Shown here: piece after piece, positions 45,844 to 59,872 of the stretch
Layout of the letters: every line of letters starts with the position of its first letter
How positions within the stretch are numbered: position 1 is the first letter of the stretch
DNA from: the human T2T-CHM13v2.0 reference genome, Homo sapiens
Assembly (NCBI RefSeq): GCF_009914755.1
Contig: NC_060928.1
DNA: 64,000 nucleotides
Strand: one strand, 5' to 3'
The notes under the pieces: model-generated
Told to the model about the DNA's origin: nothing
What the model saw: the letters and a program-made list of their open reading frames with translations, nothing else
The model's database searches: none
Position numbers and translations under genes: made by a program

Positions 45844-46019
45844 CCATTTTCATTGACTTTAGAACATATATTTGTTTTCACATTTTTAACAATTCTAAAG
45901 TTGAGATGATACAATCACTGGCATGTGGTAGTTCATTTGGCAGATTTTTTCTTTGGTAATGTTACGCAAACTATGGCATAATATAGAGTCAAGAACACTT
46001 TAGATTTGATGAAGCACTT
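45844..46019. mobile_element. MER104-like TcMar non-autonomous DNA transposon
   Basis: ta|ccattttcattgactttag...ttttcacatttttaaca...ttggcagattttttcttt...ttagatttgatgaa; degenerate TIRs, ~180 bp. Confidence 0.65.
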
Positions 46020-46203
46020 TAATAAAATATTCTCTATGAGCTGAAGAGGGAATAGATATTTAGATTGATGGAATCCACTGACTGTTGAACGGAACCAATG
46101 ATCAAAGACTCATGGTGAAACAGATTAAGATAAAATATCAGAGACCGAAAATTGAAGAGAAAATATTCTCATATATATGAGGGTGGCAAAAATCAACTGA
46201 ACT

Positions 46204-46485
<282 letters not shown>

Positions 46486-46651
46486 TAAGAAGTGAAGAAA
46501 ATTAGACTAACGTCATTGTTCTCATCAACAATGAAGGTTACAAACAATCAATCAACACCTTCCAAATTATAATAAAATAACATTTTTGAACTTATAATTC
46601 CATAAACTGGAAAGTTATCAAGTCATGACAAGATACTGTCACACTGGGGAT

Positions 46652-46739
46652 CTTGCCTTGCATGATCTCAAGCTTCGCCTTTTGTCAGCAATGTGATTCC
46701 CAAATCCCAAGCTTCCATATAGGCAAATATTTTGAGTGT
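46652..46739 (+). repeat. Dispersed direct repeat, copy A (partner 50331-50417)
   Basis: cttgccttgcatgatc...aggcaaatattttgagtgt, about 80-85% identical to copy B. Confidence 0.88.
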
Positions 46740-47825
46740 TTGATTATTCGATCTAGAATATTTCCAATAGCCAAAGAATACGAATATTAGTCATCTAAGC
46801 AAACTATATGAAAAAAAACTTAAAAAGTTACGACAGCAAAATGTAAAGATCTATTTCAAAGAAGGTAAAATTGGAAACAGAAGGCATGGGAGTAAAGATA
46901 ACCTAAGAAAGAAAATAAAAAAATTAGAAGCAAATTCATTGGACCGAATGAATGGCAAAGTCTTCACTGAGCAACAAATATTTGAAGCACAGACTCACAT
47001 CTCTTTTCTATTGGATTATTCACAATACTTGCTCTACAATATTGATTGCATTATTATAATTGTGTAAATGTTGTGTAGAGAGTTAAGTTTCAAGTTTTAA
47101 ACTGACGAAAAAGCACAGAAGAGTTCATTATATATGAAAAGGAGGATAAACGCTGTAAAACTTGACAATGAAATAATCATAGTAAAATTAACACAAACCA
47201 GGAGTTGAACACAGAAGTGGGGAGCAGGGAAATTTACTGCATTCTTCACATTTTTTAGTGGTAAATCAGTATTATTTCTAAGGAATTTTACAATAGACTA
47301 AAGAAAAAATGTATATAACTCAAAGTTATACAATTGATCATCAAATGAGTAAAAATTAAAAACTCAAAAAATGGTTATCTCTGAAAATGGTTCTGAAGCA
47401 GGGAAAAGAGGCTGGTAACTATTTTTGATTTTAAGATCCTATCTTTAAAACTATTTTTTTCATAAATAATTCAGAATTGAAGGAAAGTTAAAAAGAATCG
47501 AGAAAAAAGTTGCCCCTTTCCTTTTTTCCCTCTGCATCAGTTAATTTAATTTTAGAGTATTTCTCTTCCACATGTGTACAAATATTTTATTCATTCTTTT
47601 CACTTTTACATCTAGTGTTTCCTATTTTTCTCCACAAAATTAAGGAAAATTCTTGGTTTTTAATTCTAACTTCATTTCACTAATAACCCAAGAAATATCT
47701 AAGTCAGAACTTACAACCTAAACTATAACATATTTTTCAATTACATAAAAATATTAAGTAAAATTAGGCATGATATCAAATAAGTACCATAAATCCCTAA
47801 AATTCTTGAATGATCTAAGCATTTT

Positions 47826-48132
47826 TTTTTTTTTTAGACAGGGTCTTATTCTGTCTTGCAAGCTAGAGTACAGTGGCGCAATGATGACTCACTACAGCTT
47901 TGACCTCCAGGGCTCAAGCTATCTTCCTCAGCCACACTACCCCCAGTAGCTGGGACTATCTTAGCACACCACCAGGCCTGGCTACGTTTTTAAATTATTT
48001 TTTTGTAGTGACAGGATCTCACTATGTTGCCCAGGCTGGTCTTGAATGCCTGGGCTCAAGCAGCTCTCCCAAGTCTCCCATCTAGGCCTCTCAAAGTGAC
48101 AGGATTACAGGTATGAGCCACTGTGCCCAGCC
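47826..48132 (-). mobile_element. AluJ
   Basis: AluJ-type features (cactacagctttgacctcc; ctatgttgcccaggctggtcttgaa..ctgggctcaag); TSD tgatctaagcatttt (47811-47825) / tgatctaagtatttt (48133-48147). Confidence 0.92.
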
Positions 48133-49610
48133 TGATCTAAGTATTTTCATGACCATTTTTAATTAACTTCCATCTGAATATTTACACTCAACCTATTTTC
48201 TCTCAAAAAACACAGTATTTGGGGTAAAATTTAAAATGTTTCACTAATCCATACAAACACTTCTGTTTTATTCAGAACTATTTTAAAAATCCTTTTAATG
48301 TAATTAATAACAATTTAAAATATCTTGATTAAGATGAAATATTTTAAGTTAATTAATTAAAGAGGTTTTTTTCTTTGAGTCTACTAAAGAAATGCATATG
48401 TTGACCCTATAATAAGATATGTTTGCCTGTGTGCTAGCTTCATTTCAAGTACTAGCTCAGGAGAAAATATTTCTTTCTGAGTATAAACTGACCATCTTAA
48501 AAATAAGTGTTTTGAACAAATTCATGTAAGAGTCAGAAATTTACAAATTTTTCTGTTCTTGTTTCTTTAAAATAATTTCATTGAACATACAATCTCATAT
48601 ATTATAGTTTTAAATTTTATTTATGATGGCAAGTAAAAAGATATGACTATTATACCAGATAGAAGATAATAATTTCTGTCTAACATGTACATTTGTTGCT
48701 ATATTAAGTACATTACATTTCAGTGATCAAAATAAAATGGAAATAATTAGTTAAGGTTCAAACAACTAATTTATAGAATTCCCAACAGCAAGAATGTTGT
48801 AATACGCATTGCCTAAAAAAAGCCAAACCACAGTAAAAGGATTGTGATAATAGCCTATTATTTCTGTCTTTAGACAAAAATACTTTGTATTTTTTTTGTT
48901 GACACATTTTTTGAACTCTCATTGGAAAAATAGGCAGTTATACACTATTGTAAATAACACAACCAAATCAGAGGAATGGTACTGAAATTAATTATGCAAA
49001 TCACATAGGTACAACAGGATCTCAGTTATTGTAAATTATTTTGGTTGAACGTGAAACAACAATGAAAGGTTTTTTTAGCAATTACATAAAATTTTAAGGT
49101 GTAGGGAAAATTATGGAAGTTAAATTTTATTTAATTGAAAGATGTACCCAGTAGCAAATATGTTTACATGTGTGAATGAACAATATGGTTTTTAAATTTT
49201 ATTGTTAGTATAAATTATTTTTCTTTACTATTGACTATTAATTATTTTTTAAAACAACTGTTAGTGGTAAGTATCAAGGACTTGTCTAATATGTGATTTA
49301 AAAAATAGTTCTAACGGTTCAGACTTAAGAATAGTGTTTGCTTTAGGATAGTGATAATTGTCCTTTAGTAGGTGAAGCACATAAAGAGAAATTATTATGA
49401 CAGGAGAAAAAATTATGTTTTCTTTCATTTATTGGGATTATTTTTATCATTTAATGTGTTAATGAATGTGCACATTGTGTAATTTCTAGTTTATATTTGT
49501 CTTCAGGATTTTTTGCATCTATAGTCATAAGTAAAGTTGTCTTCAAACTCCTTTGCTGTTTCTCTTGTCTCTTAATTGGCTTGTTATCTGAGTTTTTAGA
49601 ATTTACATAT

Positions 49611-49677
49611 TAATTTTTTAACTTTTAAGTTTAGGGGTAAATGTACAAGTTGTTATATAGGTAAACTTGTGTCATGG
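49611..49677 (-). mobile_element. L1PA (L1PA13-16-type) extreme 3' end stub
   Basis: aacttttaagtttaggggtaaatgtacaagttgttatataggtaaacttgtgtcatgg. Confidence 0.8.
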
Positions 49678-49745
49678 TGTGGCAGGCCAAGTATCACTAA
49701 CAGCTGAACAGGCAGGCCTCCATGACAACTGTTTCAACACTGACA
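49678..49745 (+). mobile_element. 5' stub of an ERV1-class LTR (tentatively PABL_A-like)
   Basis: tgtggcaggccaagtatcactaac..gcaggcctccatgacaactgtttcaacactgac matches a remembered LTR 5' terminus; the rest is absent. Confidence 0.65.
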
Positions 49746-49757
49746 AATGCTGACAGA

Positions 49758-50074
<317 letters not shown>

Positions 50075-50330
50075 TTATATACAAATTATTTTTGAAAAAA
50101 AATCTCCATTCAAATTCCAGACAAAACACGACACATAGACACATTTGTGTATGTATGTGTCTCTGTGTCTCTGCTAGAAATGCTGACTATCCTTTCACTG
50201 AGTGGATCTCCATGGAATCTAGCTACCTGCTGACTATCCTTTCATGAAGCCTATATTTCAAGAATGTTGGCATTTTGTGGGGACATGGGGGTAGGAAGGA
50301 AAGTTCTTATAACCTACTCATTTCCATCAA

Positions 50331-50417
50331 CTTGCCTTGCATGATCCCAAAGGCTTGCCTTTGTCAACCATGTGATTTCTAAACCCGAGGTTCCACAGAG
50401 GCAAATATTTTGAGTGT
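50331..50417 (+). repeat. Dispersed direct repeat, copy B (partner 46652-46739)
   Basis: See copy A; the first 16 and last 19 bp are identical between copies. Confidence 0.88.
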
Positions 50418-51184
50418 AAACATGGATTTATGGCTTGGTTATTCATATATTCCCTGCTATGTATTTAGTTTGCACAGCTGAAAATATTCATTATTTCTTA
50501 TAGCCTTTGTGATTTACCTAGTATCAGAGTAAGGTCAGGTGCCTTATCTCCGCTCTTGAATTTGTAGGCATTTCCTTTTCTCAAGTGAACAGTTATCTGG
50601 GGAAATTGCCACAGATTTCTTTATGGAAGTATGAGAATAATATTTTTTGTAAACATTTTGGATGGTAATACAATGTCTTTTCTTAAAATAATTTTCTCTG
50701 CTTTTTAATCATTGCATCATTTGTAGCACCTTGGTGAAAAATCATTATTTCCCATTGCAATGACTGACATACTGACCTTACTGACTCTCCATTTTGTTTT
50801 GATTATATTGATTAAACACCCTACCTATCATACCTCCAGGGACATTATGAACTACTCTAGGTTAACACAGTGACCTGAGAGTCAGAGCACATTGTTAGAC
50901 TTCCAGCCTTACTATAACATAAGGATTAAAGCCATCTTACCTATCACAATAAAAAGTCCACAACCTGATATCTGCTATTATGAAATTCTATAAAACATGT
51001 TAAAATTAGGGAATGTGGTTCCATGGCAACATCTTCCACTGTTAACTCTAACCAGAAGAGGATGGCCAACAGCAAATGTCTCAAAAGATGCTGGTGCCCC
51101 CTTACCTGTCCATTCTTCATTGCTTTATGAAAGATAGTGATCTCCGTGCCCTGCCAAAGAATAGAGTAAGGTGAAAATTTATAT

Positions 51185-52461
51185 TTCTTTTTTCAGCTTT
51201 AGTGATGTATAATAGATAAATGTGAATTGTAAACATTCAAGGTACACAATGTGATGTTTTGATATATGTATAAATTACAAAACAATTGCCACAATCAAGC
51301 TAATTAACATATCCATCACCTCACATAGTTGTCTTTTTCTTTTCTTGGTGGTGAGAATGCCTAAAGTCACTCCTTCACACATTTCTAGGATATATTATGT
51401 TATTCTTAGCTATAATTACCATGCTGTACATTAGGTCTCTAGTGCTAATTCACCCTATAAGCACAAGTTGCTACCCTTTGATCAACATGTCCCTCTTCTC
51501 CCACCCCAGACTCCTTGTAACCACCCTTCTACTCTCTATTTTATGAGTTCAAACTCTTTAGATTCCACATATAAATTAGATTATGCAGTATCTGTATTTC
51601 TATGTCTGCCTTCCTTCACTTTGCATAATGTCCTTCATGTTTATACATGTTTTTACAAAACTCCTCCAAGAAAACAGGAGAATGGTCTATGACATTGGTC
51701 TTGGCAATGATTTTTTTGATGGGACACCAGAAGCACAGGTAAGAAAGGCAAATATAAGCAAATAGGACTACATCAAACTAAAAAGTTTCTGTACAGCAAT
51801 GGAAACAATCAAAAACTTAAAAAGTAACCCCCAAAATGAGAAAAAATGTTTGCAAATTGTGTATCTAATAAGGAGTTAATATCCAAACTGTAAGAAGAGC
51901 TCTGAGAACTCAATTGTGAAAAACCAAATAACCCAATTAAAAAAAATGAATAAAGGATCTAAACAGACATTTTTTCAAAGAAGAAACACAAATATCCAAT
52001 AAGTATATGAAAAAGTGTTCAACATCACCAATCATCAGGAAAATATAATTTAAAAATACCTCACATCTGTTAGGATAGCTATTATCAAAAAGTCTGAAGG
52101 TAAGTATTGGTGAAGATGTAGAGAAAAGGCAATGCTTATATACTGTTGATGGGAATATAAACTGGTATAGCCATTATAGAAATGAGTATGAAGGTTTCTG
52201 AGAAAATTGAAAATAGGGTTACCATATAATTCAGCACTCCCACTTCTCATTATATATTCAAAATAATTAAAATCACTGTTTCAAGAGATAACTGCACTCT
52301 TATGTTCATTGCAACATTATTCACAACAGACAAGAACTGGAAACAACTTAAGTGCCTGTCAATGTATAAATGGATATAGATAGTGATACAAAATGAAATA
52401 GATGTACATATAGATATAGATAAATAAAATAAAATATTAGTGAGCTTTAAAAAAGGAAATT
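51185..52461 (-). mobile_element. L1MA-type element with 5' inversion (3' end antisense 51185-51660; inverted ORF2 part sense 51661-52461)
   Basis: The two oppositely oriented segments are near-contiguous in L1 consensus order (..aaaaaggaaattt | ttttgtaaaaacatgtataaacatgaaggacattatgc..). Confidence 0.82.
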
Positions 52462-53619
52462 TCTTAGTTTCTAACACAGTAAATCCACTCCAACATTCCC
52501 TACTTACTCCCTGATAATTCCAAGGTCTTATATTAAGGACACACCAACATCTCAATCTCATTTACTATAGGGCATCATTATGTTCAGAACTCAAGGTGAT
52601 AACACAGCAGTGTATTAGGACAGCTCTGTCTCTCCTTGCCAGAATACTTAATGTATAGTAAGGGATAAGTCCCTTTTTCAATGCGTTTTCCCTTATCTAC
52701 TCTTATATTATTCCTGCTCTGGTATAACTCCCTAAAAATACATCTCCATACATGTTATCCAGGTTCCTTCAAATATATATTTAATAAGCTTTTTTTTTCA
52801 ATTTATGATGGGAGAATTTAGATCCCTTTTTTTTCTGGAGGACGGCCAATATTTTCCAATTTCAATGATGCTAAATCGGAACCTTGGTTATTAATACAAA
52901 AACATTAGAGTTGGTTTGGATGTTCTTGAGAGGAACAAACTTTATCATGCAAGGTGCCTCCTTCAGGTGAGGTCACTATGCAAGGAAATCTGGTTTGTTT
53001 TGTTTTTGTTTCTCTTCTGAAAAGGGGAGAGGATGTTACTGTTTGCCAAGGAGTTTTACAGGGATTTGGGTTTTCAAATTTCCCACACTCTGAGGCTATC
53101 ATACTAAGACTAAAGCTCTCTCTCCTACTTCATCAGGGATCTGACTTTATTATAACACAATTATTCTGGCTTTAGATTACTTCTCATTCTTTATTATTAG
53201 ATCCTGAAGCTAATGTTCACCAAGGTCTGTCCGTTATCTGTAGAGGATAAGAATTTCTAGTTAAACATCTTTTTCATTCTCACTTTCACAGCATGATTTA
53301 AGTTGCTAATTAACACTTCTTAACCTAAAAATTTTTTGCAAAGCTTCACTTGCTTTCAAAAGCAGCTTCTTCACAGAAAATAATAATAATATAATAAGGT
53401 CATTATTGCCATTCTACCATCAAGTACAATAGCAACTTTCCTCCTGCCAAAGTATCAACTCTCATCTGAACCTTATCTGTCAACCAAGTTTTATGCTCAC
53501 TCAAATTGCAAACAGAAGCATAAGTTCCCATTTTTGTGTTTGTTAGTTTTGCTTTGCTTTGTTTTAACAAGTGGGAAAGCTAGATCCAAAATATGACTCT
53601 GGCCTTTTCTGGTATTAAG

Positions 53620-54620
53620 TGTTTTAGTCCCTATTTCCTGAAAAATAAGGCTATGGCCGTTTATGTACACACATATGTGTTATGTATATATAGGAATTAC
53701 ATAGACATATAGACACACACATATATGCGTATGTATATATAATTTTATTTGGAGGTACAATCCTCAGACAGGGAAAACTAAAGTGAAACAGGAAAGTAGT
53801 GGAAGCAAATGCAAGACGGCACTTTATTTTTTTATTTTATTTTATTTTTGAGACAGAGTTTCACTCTTGTTGTCCCGCTGGAGTGCAATGGCGGGATCTT
53901 GGTTCACTGCAACCTCCACCTTCCAGTTTCAAGCGATTCTCCTGCCTGTCTCCCGAGTGGCTGGGATTACAGGTGCCCACCACCATGCTGGCTAATTTTT
54001 GTATTTTTAGTAGATACGGGTTTCACCATGTTGGCCAGTCTGGTCTCAAACTCCTGACCTCGTGATCTGCCCACCTCGGCCTCCCAAAGTGCTTGGATTA
54101 CAGGCGTGAGCCACCGTGCCCGGCCAATGGCAGCTTATTGAGTTGACCAGAGCTTCAGAAGAAAACACAGGAAGTGAACCAATATGTCTAATAGATGTCC
54201 ATCAAGGGAGAAATAAGAATACTCCATTCACTTTCTTCTTCATTTCTTCTGCCTCTTATATTTGAATATTGCCTCATGTTGTGTTAACTCTTCTGTGTGT
54301 TGATCATGTGTCACTTGGTCCAAATGAGCTGCCTCTGGGGTGTTGGATCTCATGACTCCTGGTGTGGTGCTGCATCAGAATCAGGACCTGGCAAAAGAAT
54401 CCAGGTACTCTGTGAGTCCGAATGATGAGAGCAGGGTAACAGAGCTACTGAAATGTCTAATATGGCAGATCTCATGGAAGCTGCACCAAAAGCTAGGTTC
54501 CAGTCTTGGGTAGCAAGTGACAGTTGGTGATATTAGATGATGAGGCAAGTTGCTAGAAGTAAGTGCTCTCTTTCGAGCAAGTGGTGGAAACCCAGGGGAC
54601 AAGTGGGGTACAGTGTACCA
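53620..54620 (-). mobile_element. Possible old ERVL LTR (LTR33/LTR16-like) interrupted by an Alu and TA/CA low complexity
   Basis: tttatttggagg..atcc..ag and gtgaaacaggaaag motifs; weak match. Confidence 0.35.
53823..54125 (-). mobile_element. AluS (Sq/Sg-like)
   Basis: Antisense dimer: gagtttcactcttgttg...ctcctgacctcgtgatctgcc...ccgtgcccggcc, with (tttta)n tail. Confidence 0.95.
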
Positions 54621-54639
54621 AAGAAAGAGCAAAAATTAA

Positions 54640-55900
54640 GCCATTATAATTCTACTTTGTTCTCCATACCCAGCTTTAAAATATTATTTCTATTTTTCAC
54701 ATGCACATTCTTCAACTTTTATTTTCATAATTTCTATATATTATTTTAAAAGTGTCTCTTGTAAGCAACAAATTAGTAATTATTTTTGTGAATTTAAGTT
54801 TCCACCCTTTCATTGATATATTTAAGCCATATTTTCATTACTTTAAACTTTTTTCTATGATACTGTTTCATCTTTTCCATTTACGTACTTTATTTTTCTT
54901 GCCTGCTTTCACTTGTATATGTATGTGTTTATCATTTGCATATGTTAAATTTCCTCCTGCTGAATATAAATTTACATATGTTGTAATTCTTTGGAAACTA
55001 GATAAGACACATATTTGAGCCCTTTTTACAACTATTGATTTATAAAATTGATCAGAATATATACATTTTCAAAGGAAGACAAGAGCATTAGTATAGTTTT
55101 TCAATATGTTATCTTATCTCTGCCCAACACCATATTGGCATTTTCTACAACTTTATATTGGATTTTTCAGATACATATATTTTAATTTACATTTGTTTGG
55201 CTCTCTGATTATGTTTAATTTGCCTATGTTCATCTTTCAATTTTCAACTTTTCTCCAAAATTTCTTTCAAGTCAGCTTGTTGGGGAAAAACATGAGAGCT
55301 TAACTGATATTTTTATTGCGTTTTTCACTAAATGACAATTTAAATGGAGAGTAGTCTTAACACTGAAAAATTTGCTTCCTATTTCTTTTCTTGTTGTTTT
55401 TTTGCTTCTTGGTTCTTTTTTGCAGCCAGCGTTTCTGTTAAGAAGTTTCCCTTTCTCAATGTGATTTTTGATCCACAGTTATTACAAATTTATCAAAGTG
55501 TAGATATGGTATTTTTTGGTGACCTGTTGACACATTATGAATTGTTTCAATGTGTGATTTTAAAATCATTCTTTGATTATGGAAAATATGCCACCACTAC
55601 TATTTTCTCCCTTCTATTTGCTTATCTTTCCTTCCGGTATTCCTATTATTGAGATTTTAATACTTGTAATCTCCATGCCTCTTAGCAACATTTTCTTAAA
55701 ATTATTTATTTATGAAAGCTTTCTAATGAGTTTTATGAGAATTCTTCATTCTAATTCTTTAGCTCAGTAGTATACTCTTCCAATGTATTTGTTCCAGTAC
55801 TCTTCATTATGCCTTTGCATTTAATTATTATGTTTTTCAAGATAATCTCAATATGTCTATCCCAACAATTCTACTTTGGTGATCTCTTTGAACTTTATCT
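54640..55900 (-). mobile_element. Ancient L1ME remnant
   Basis: T-rich; ttttaaaagtgtctcttgtaagcaacaaat is an antisense ORF2 N-terminal motif; very diverged. Confidence 0.5.
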
Positions 55901-56214
55901 TTATTTTATGGCAATGCTCTTCCAGCTTAGACCCATCTTCCTCTAGAGACATTAGTCTCCTTCTTAGGTAATGAGTATTGGTGATGGATCCAAACCACAT
56001 GCTTTAGTTTATAGTGCACCTGGTAAGTTTAAAGAAAGAGAAAACTATGTGGTGAGAACAGAGCTCCAGGTATCATAAAGCCACATTTCACTATTTATGC
56101 TGATTGTTTACTGCCACTCAACCATGTATTTATTCTCATTAGTAATATAAGAATATTCACTTTCCTTAAATTCATTCAAAGGTAGCTTCCCTGAAGCAGC
56201 AGCAGCACCACCAC

Positions 56215-56400
56215 AATTGATATTTGTATAGCATATGCTATGTGACAAGGACTTATGTGTGTGTATGTTCATTTAATCCCAACAGCAATCCTACAGAATG
56301 TGTACTATCACGAGCTCACTTTACAGACAGGAAAACTGACATAAAGAGAAGTGATGTCTACTGAGTCTGGCCCAGAATGTTGGCAGTTGAGATTTTACCT
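56215..56400 (-). mobile_element. MIR
   Basis: tcatttaatcccaacagcaatcctac...cactttacagacaggaaaactgac..agagaagt is the antisense MIR core. Confidence 0.75.
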
Positions 56401-57166
56401 AGTTTTCAAATTAGAACTGCAGTTTAAATATTGATGAGTATTATAGTTACACTATGCAGACTTTTAAAAAAAATTTTCCATAAAAAGGCCTTATGAATAT
56501 ATTAAAGTTAATCAGTTTATTTTTACAACTATGATTTCAATAATCTGGGAATTTGATTTGCATAGTGTACTGAAAAGTAATAAGCAGATAAAATATTTTA
56601 TAAACAAAGGAATTTGGAAAACATCTTAAACTCTATATATTTAATCTTATAAAGTAAAGAAAATGTATCTAACAAATTAGAGATTGACATTAACTTTTGC
56701 AAGAACAAAGAATGTTAAGATATTAAAAATGCATGTTTTCAAAATAAAAAAGAATGAAGATTAAAAAAAGAAAGTTTAGCAGAAAGGATTTTTTTTAAGT
56801 AGAAGAAAAAAGTAAGAGCATGTACATAAGAGTATCAGCTGGGAAATGAGTTTAGTTTGAATTAAGATCATTCACCAGATTGAGGAGGAATCAAACAATG
56901 CAAATTAGAAACATGATATTGCATTTCAAAAGAATGTTTCCTCACAGATGTTGTAGCTGAATGTAGTTTCTATTCTTACCTTTCCTTTAGATGGTAGGGC
57001 AACAGATGAGTACAGAGAAAAGGAAGCAGCATTTAACTTAAAGTGAAAAGAGAGAAATCACTATTATCTGGACCAATTATTATTTAACAAAAGAACTTGA
57101 TTTACTGTAAAAAATAGTCTTTAAAATGTGTCCTTTTCTGTGTTCTTTATATTCTTTTGGGGACTT

Positions 57167-57850
57167 TGTATTGGTCAAGGAACAGATTCTACTATACACA
57201 ATTTGAATAGAAGGGGATGTATTAAAAAGTATGTCAAATGGCTTACAGAATTGAGATGGCTGAAGGAGATTCTACAATGAAATTCCAGAATCTGCTCTTA
57301 GGTCTGTGCTGCAGAACCAAACTGCAAAAGGAGTTGTTTCTTTTGCCATGATCAAGAAGCTGCTGGTCAAATCAGGAGGCATTCTTCATTGAGTATACAA
57401 ATATTAGAACTATCTCCATTCTGAGCTGCATAAATTAGCTGTAGTTACTGCTTCCAAAAGGCACTCTGTCCTCCCATCAGGAAACATCATGTGCAAAATC
57501 AAGAAGCTGCTATTATAGCTGCAGAAGTCTATACCATGCCACATTTTCTACTATCAAGAAGCCATCTCTGCCAAATCAGCTAGCCTCAGAGACAAATTTT
57601 GGCTCCAGAACCATGCCACATTTGCTACAATCCACATTGATAATATATCTGCACCATATCCTATATATCTCCATTCAAATTTCAAATTTCAATGTGTTTG
57701 TCTCTGATGTGGGACCTAAATCACATTTACGTTATCAAATGAAAATGAATTGGAGAAATTTCCCTTATAGTTTTCTGCCCTCTACAGAAAAGGAAAGTCA
57801 CATCAGAAGAAAATTTGAATAGGTGTTTTAAGCCAAACCAGAATAACTGC
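57167..57850 (-). mobile_element. Possible old MaLR (MLT1) LTR
   Basis: Starts tgtattggtcaagg; ggcttacagaatt; weak match. Confidence 0.4.
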
Positions 57851-58376
57851 ATTAGACTTCACTCTTACTTTATATCTCTGCTTTTATTTTTAAAAATTTC
57901 TTATATTTTCACACATGGAATTTACATTTGATCCATCTTTGAGCATAGTCTCAGAGTCTGAAACATTCCAGCTATGAAGTAAGTACTTAAATGGCTGTTC
58001 AATAAATTAATATGAGCTACTTTCTGATAATTAAAAAATCTTTTTTATAAGAATACAATAGGAAAACATTGGATTTACTGCTCATTTTTTTTATGGTATA
58101 AGCACATCTAATCCTGTATATGAAAGAGTACCAGCTGGAGCCTTATCTGAAATTTCTACACATCTGGGAAAATTCGTTAAAGGTTGAGCTAGATTGAATA
58201 TATTAAACAACTCTATTGGTATAAAAAAGTAGAAAATACAAAAGACAGAAATATTTCTAAAAGATAAGATAGCCTGAACAATGCAATTAATCAAAAAATG
58301 ATCTTCAGTTATCAAAATTGGGTAGTGATTGTGACTATATTCTGGTGGCTATAATTCTAATATTCCTTCATCCAAC

Positions 58377-58812
58377 TGTCATGGGCATAAAAACTAGGTC
58401 CCAGGAGAAAAGTAGGCTAAAATTAACAGCTGCAGCAGCTGTTTCCATATAACACCAACAAACAAGCAAACAAACATCTATAAAATTTTGTAGTCCAAGC
58501 AGAAATAATTTGGTTCCCAGTAACTTAATGTTACATAAAATATGGAGTAATATACTCTCCCACACATCACCTTAGACCTTCAAGGAATGGGAATCTTTAT
58601 AGAAAGGAATGTCATGCATGAGTAAAAACAAATACAAATTTCAGATTTGTATTAATTATTGCCTTTTTGCTGAAATAGTTGCTACCAAAAAACCAGGTTG
58701 TTTTCCTGAGTCTATTTACTCATGGTTTTAAACAGCAGGTGGCCAAAGATTAATGGTTGCTGCTTGAAAAGAGTACTTAGCAAGATTTTTAACCAAGTTA
58801 GCTTGGTGAATA
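58377..58812 (-). mobile_element. Possible diverged ERV LTR
   Basis: Starts tgtcatggg; LTR-like composition; family not recognised. Confidence 0.3.
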
Positions 58813-58827
58813 GAAGACCATATTTTT

Positions 58828-59872
58828 GTTTTATTTAAAAACAACATTTATTTTAAGTTCAGGGGTACCTGTGCAGGTTTGTTTTACAGGTAAACTTGTG
58901 TCACAGAAGTTTGTTATACAGATTATTTTGTCACTCAGGTATTAAGACTACTACCCGTTCGTTATTTTTCCTGATCCTCTCCCTCCTTGTAACCTCCACC
59001 CTCTGAAAGGCCCCAGTGTATGGTTTCCTTCTATGTGCCCGTGTGTTCTCATCATTAACTCCCACTTATAAGTGAGAAGATGCGGTATTTGCTTTTCTGC
59101 TCCTGTGTTAGATTGCTAAGGATAAAGGCCTCCACCTCCACTCATGTCTGTCTGCAAAGGAAATGATCTCATTCTTTATTATGGCTGCATACCATTCCAC
59201 GGTGTAGATGTACCACATTTTCTTTATCCAGTCCACCACTGACTGGCATTTAGGTTGATTCCGTATCTTTGCTATTGTGAATAGTGCTGCAATAAACATA
59301 TACATGCATGTGTCTTTAGGGTACAAAGATTTATATTCCTTTGTGTATATATCCAGTAATGAGATTGCTGGGTCAAATGGTAGTTCTGCTTTTAGCTCTT
59401 AGAGGCATCACCACACTGTTTTCCACAATGGTTGAACTAATTTTCACTTCTACCAGCAGTGTATAGCATTATTTTTGTCTGCAACTTCACCAGCATCTGT
59501 TAATTATTGACTTTTTAATAATAGCTATTCTGACTGGTATGAGATGGTATCTCATTGTGGTTTTGATTTGCATTTCTCATATGATCAGCAATGTTGAGCT
59601 ATTTTTCATAGTTTGTTGGCCACATTTATGTCTTCTTTAGAAAGTGTTAAAGTCCTTTGCCCAATTATTAATGGAGTTGTTTTTTTCTTATAAACTTAAG
59701 TTCCTTATAGATGCTAATGACTTTTGTCAGATGTATAGTTTGCAAAAACTTTCTCCCATTCTGTAGGTTCTCTGTTTACTTTACTGATAGTTTCTTTTGC
59801 TTTGCAAAAGCTCTTTAGTTTAATGAAATCCCGTTTGTCAATTTTTGCTCCTGTTGCAAATGATTTTGGCGT
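58828..59872 (-). mobile_element. 5'-truncated L1PA13-16-like LINE-1 (~1.05 kb)
   Basis: 3'UTR type aggtaaacttgtgtcac..gtttgttatacagattattttgtcactcagg; ORF2 C-terminal peptide YPKDTCMYMFIAALFTIAK; TSD gaagaccatattttt (58813-58827) / gaagaatatgttttt (59873-59887). Confidence 0.92.

Noticed and set aside
57351-57562. Motif atcaagaagc three times
   Set aside because: Irregular spacing inside a probable old LTR; likely internal LTR repeats.
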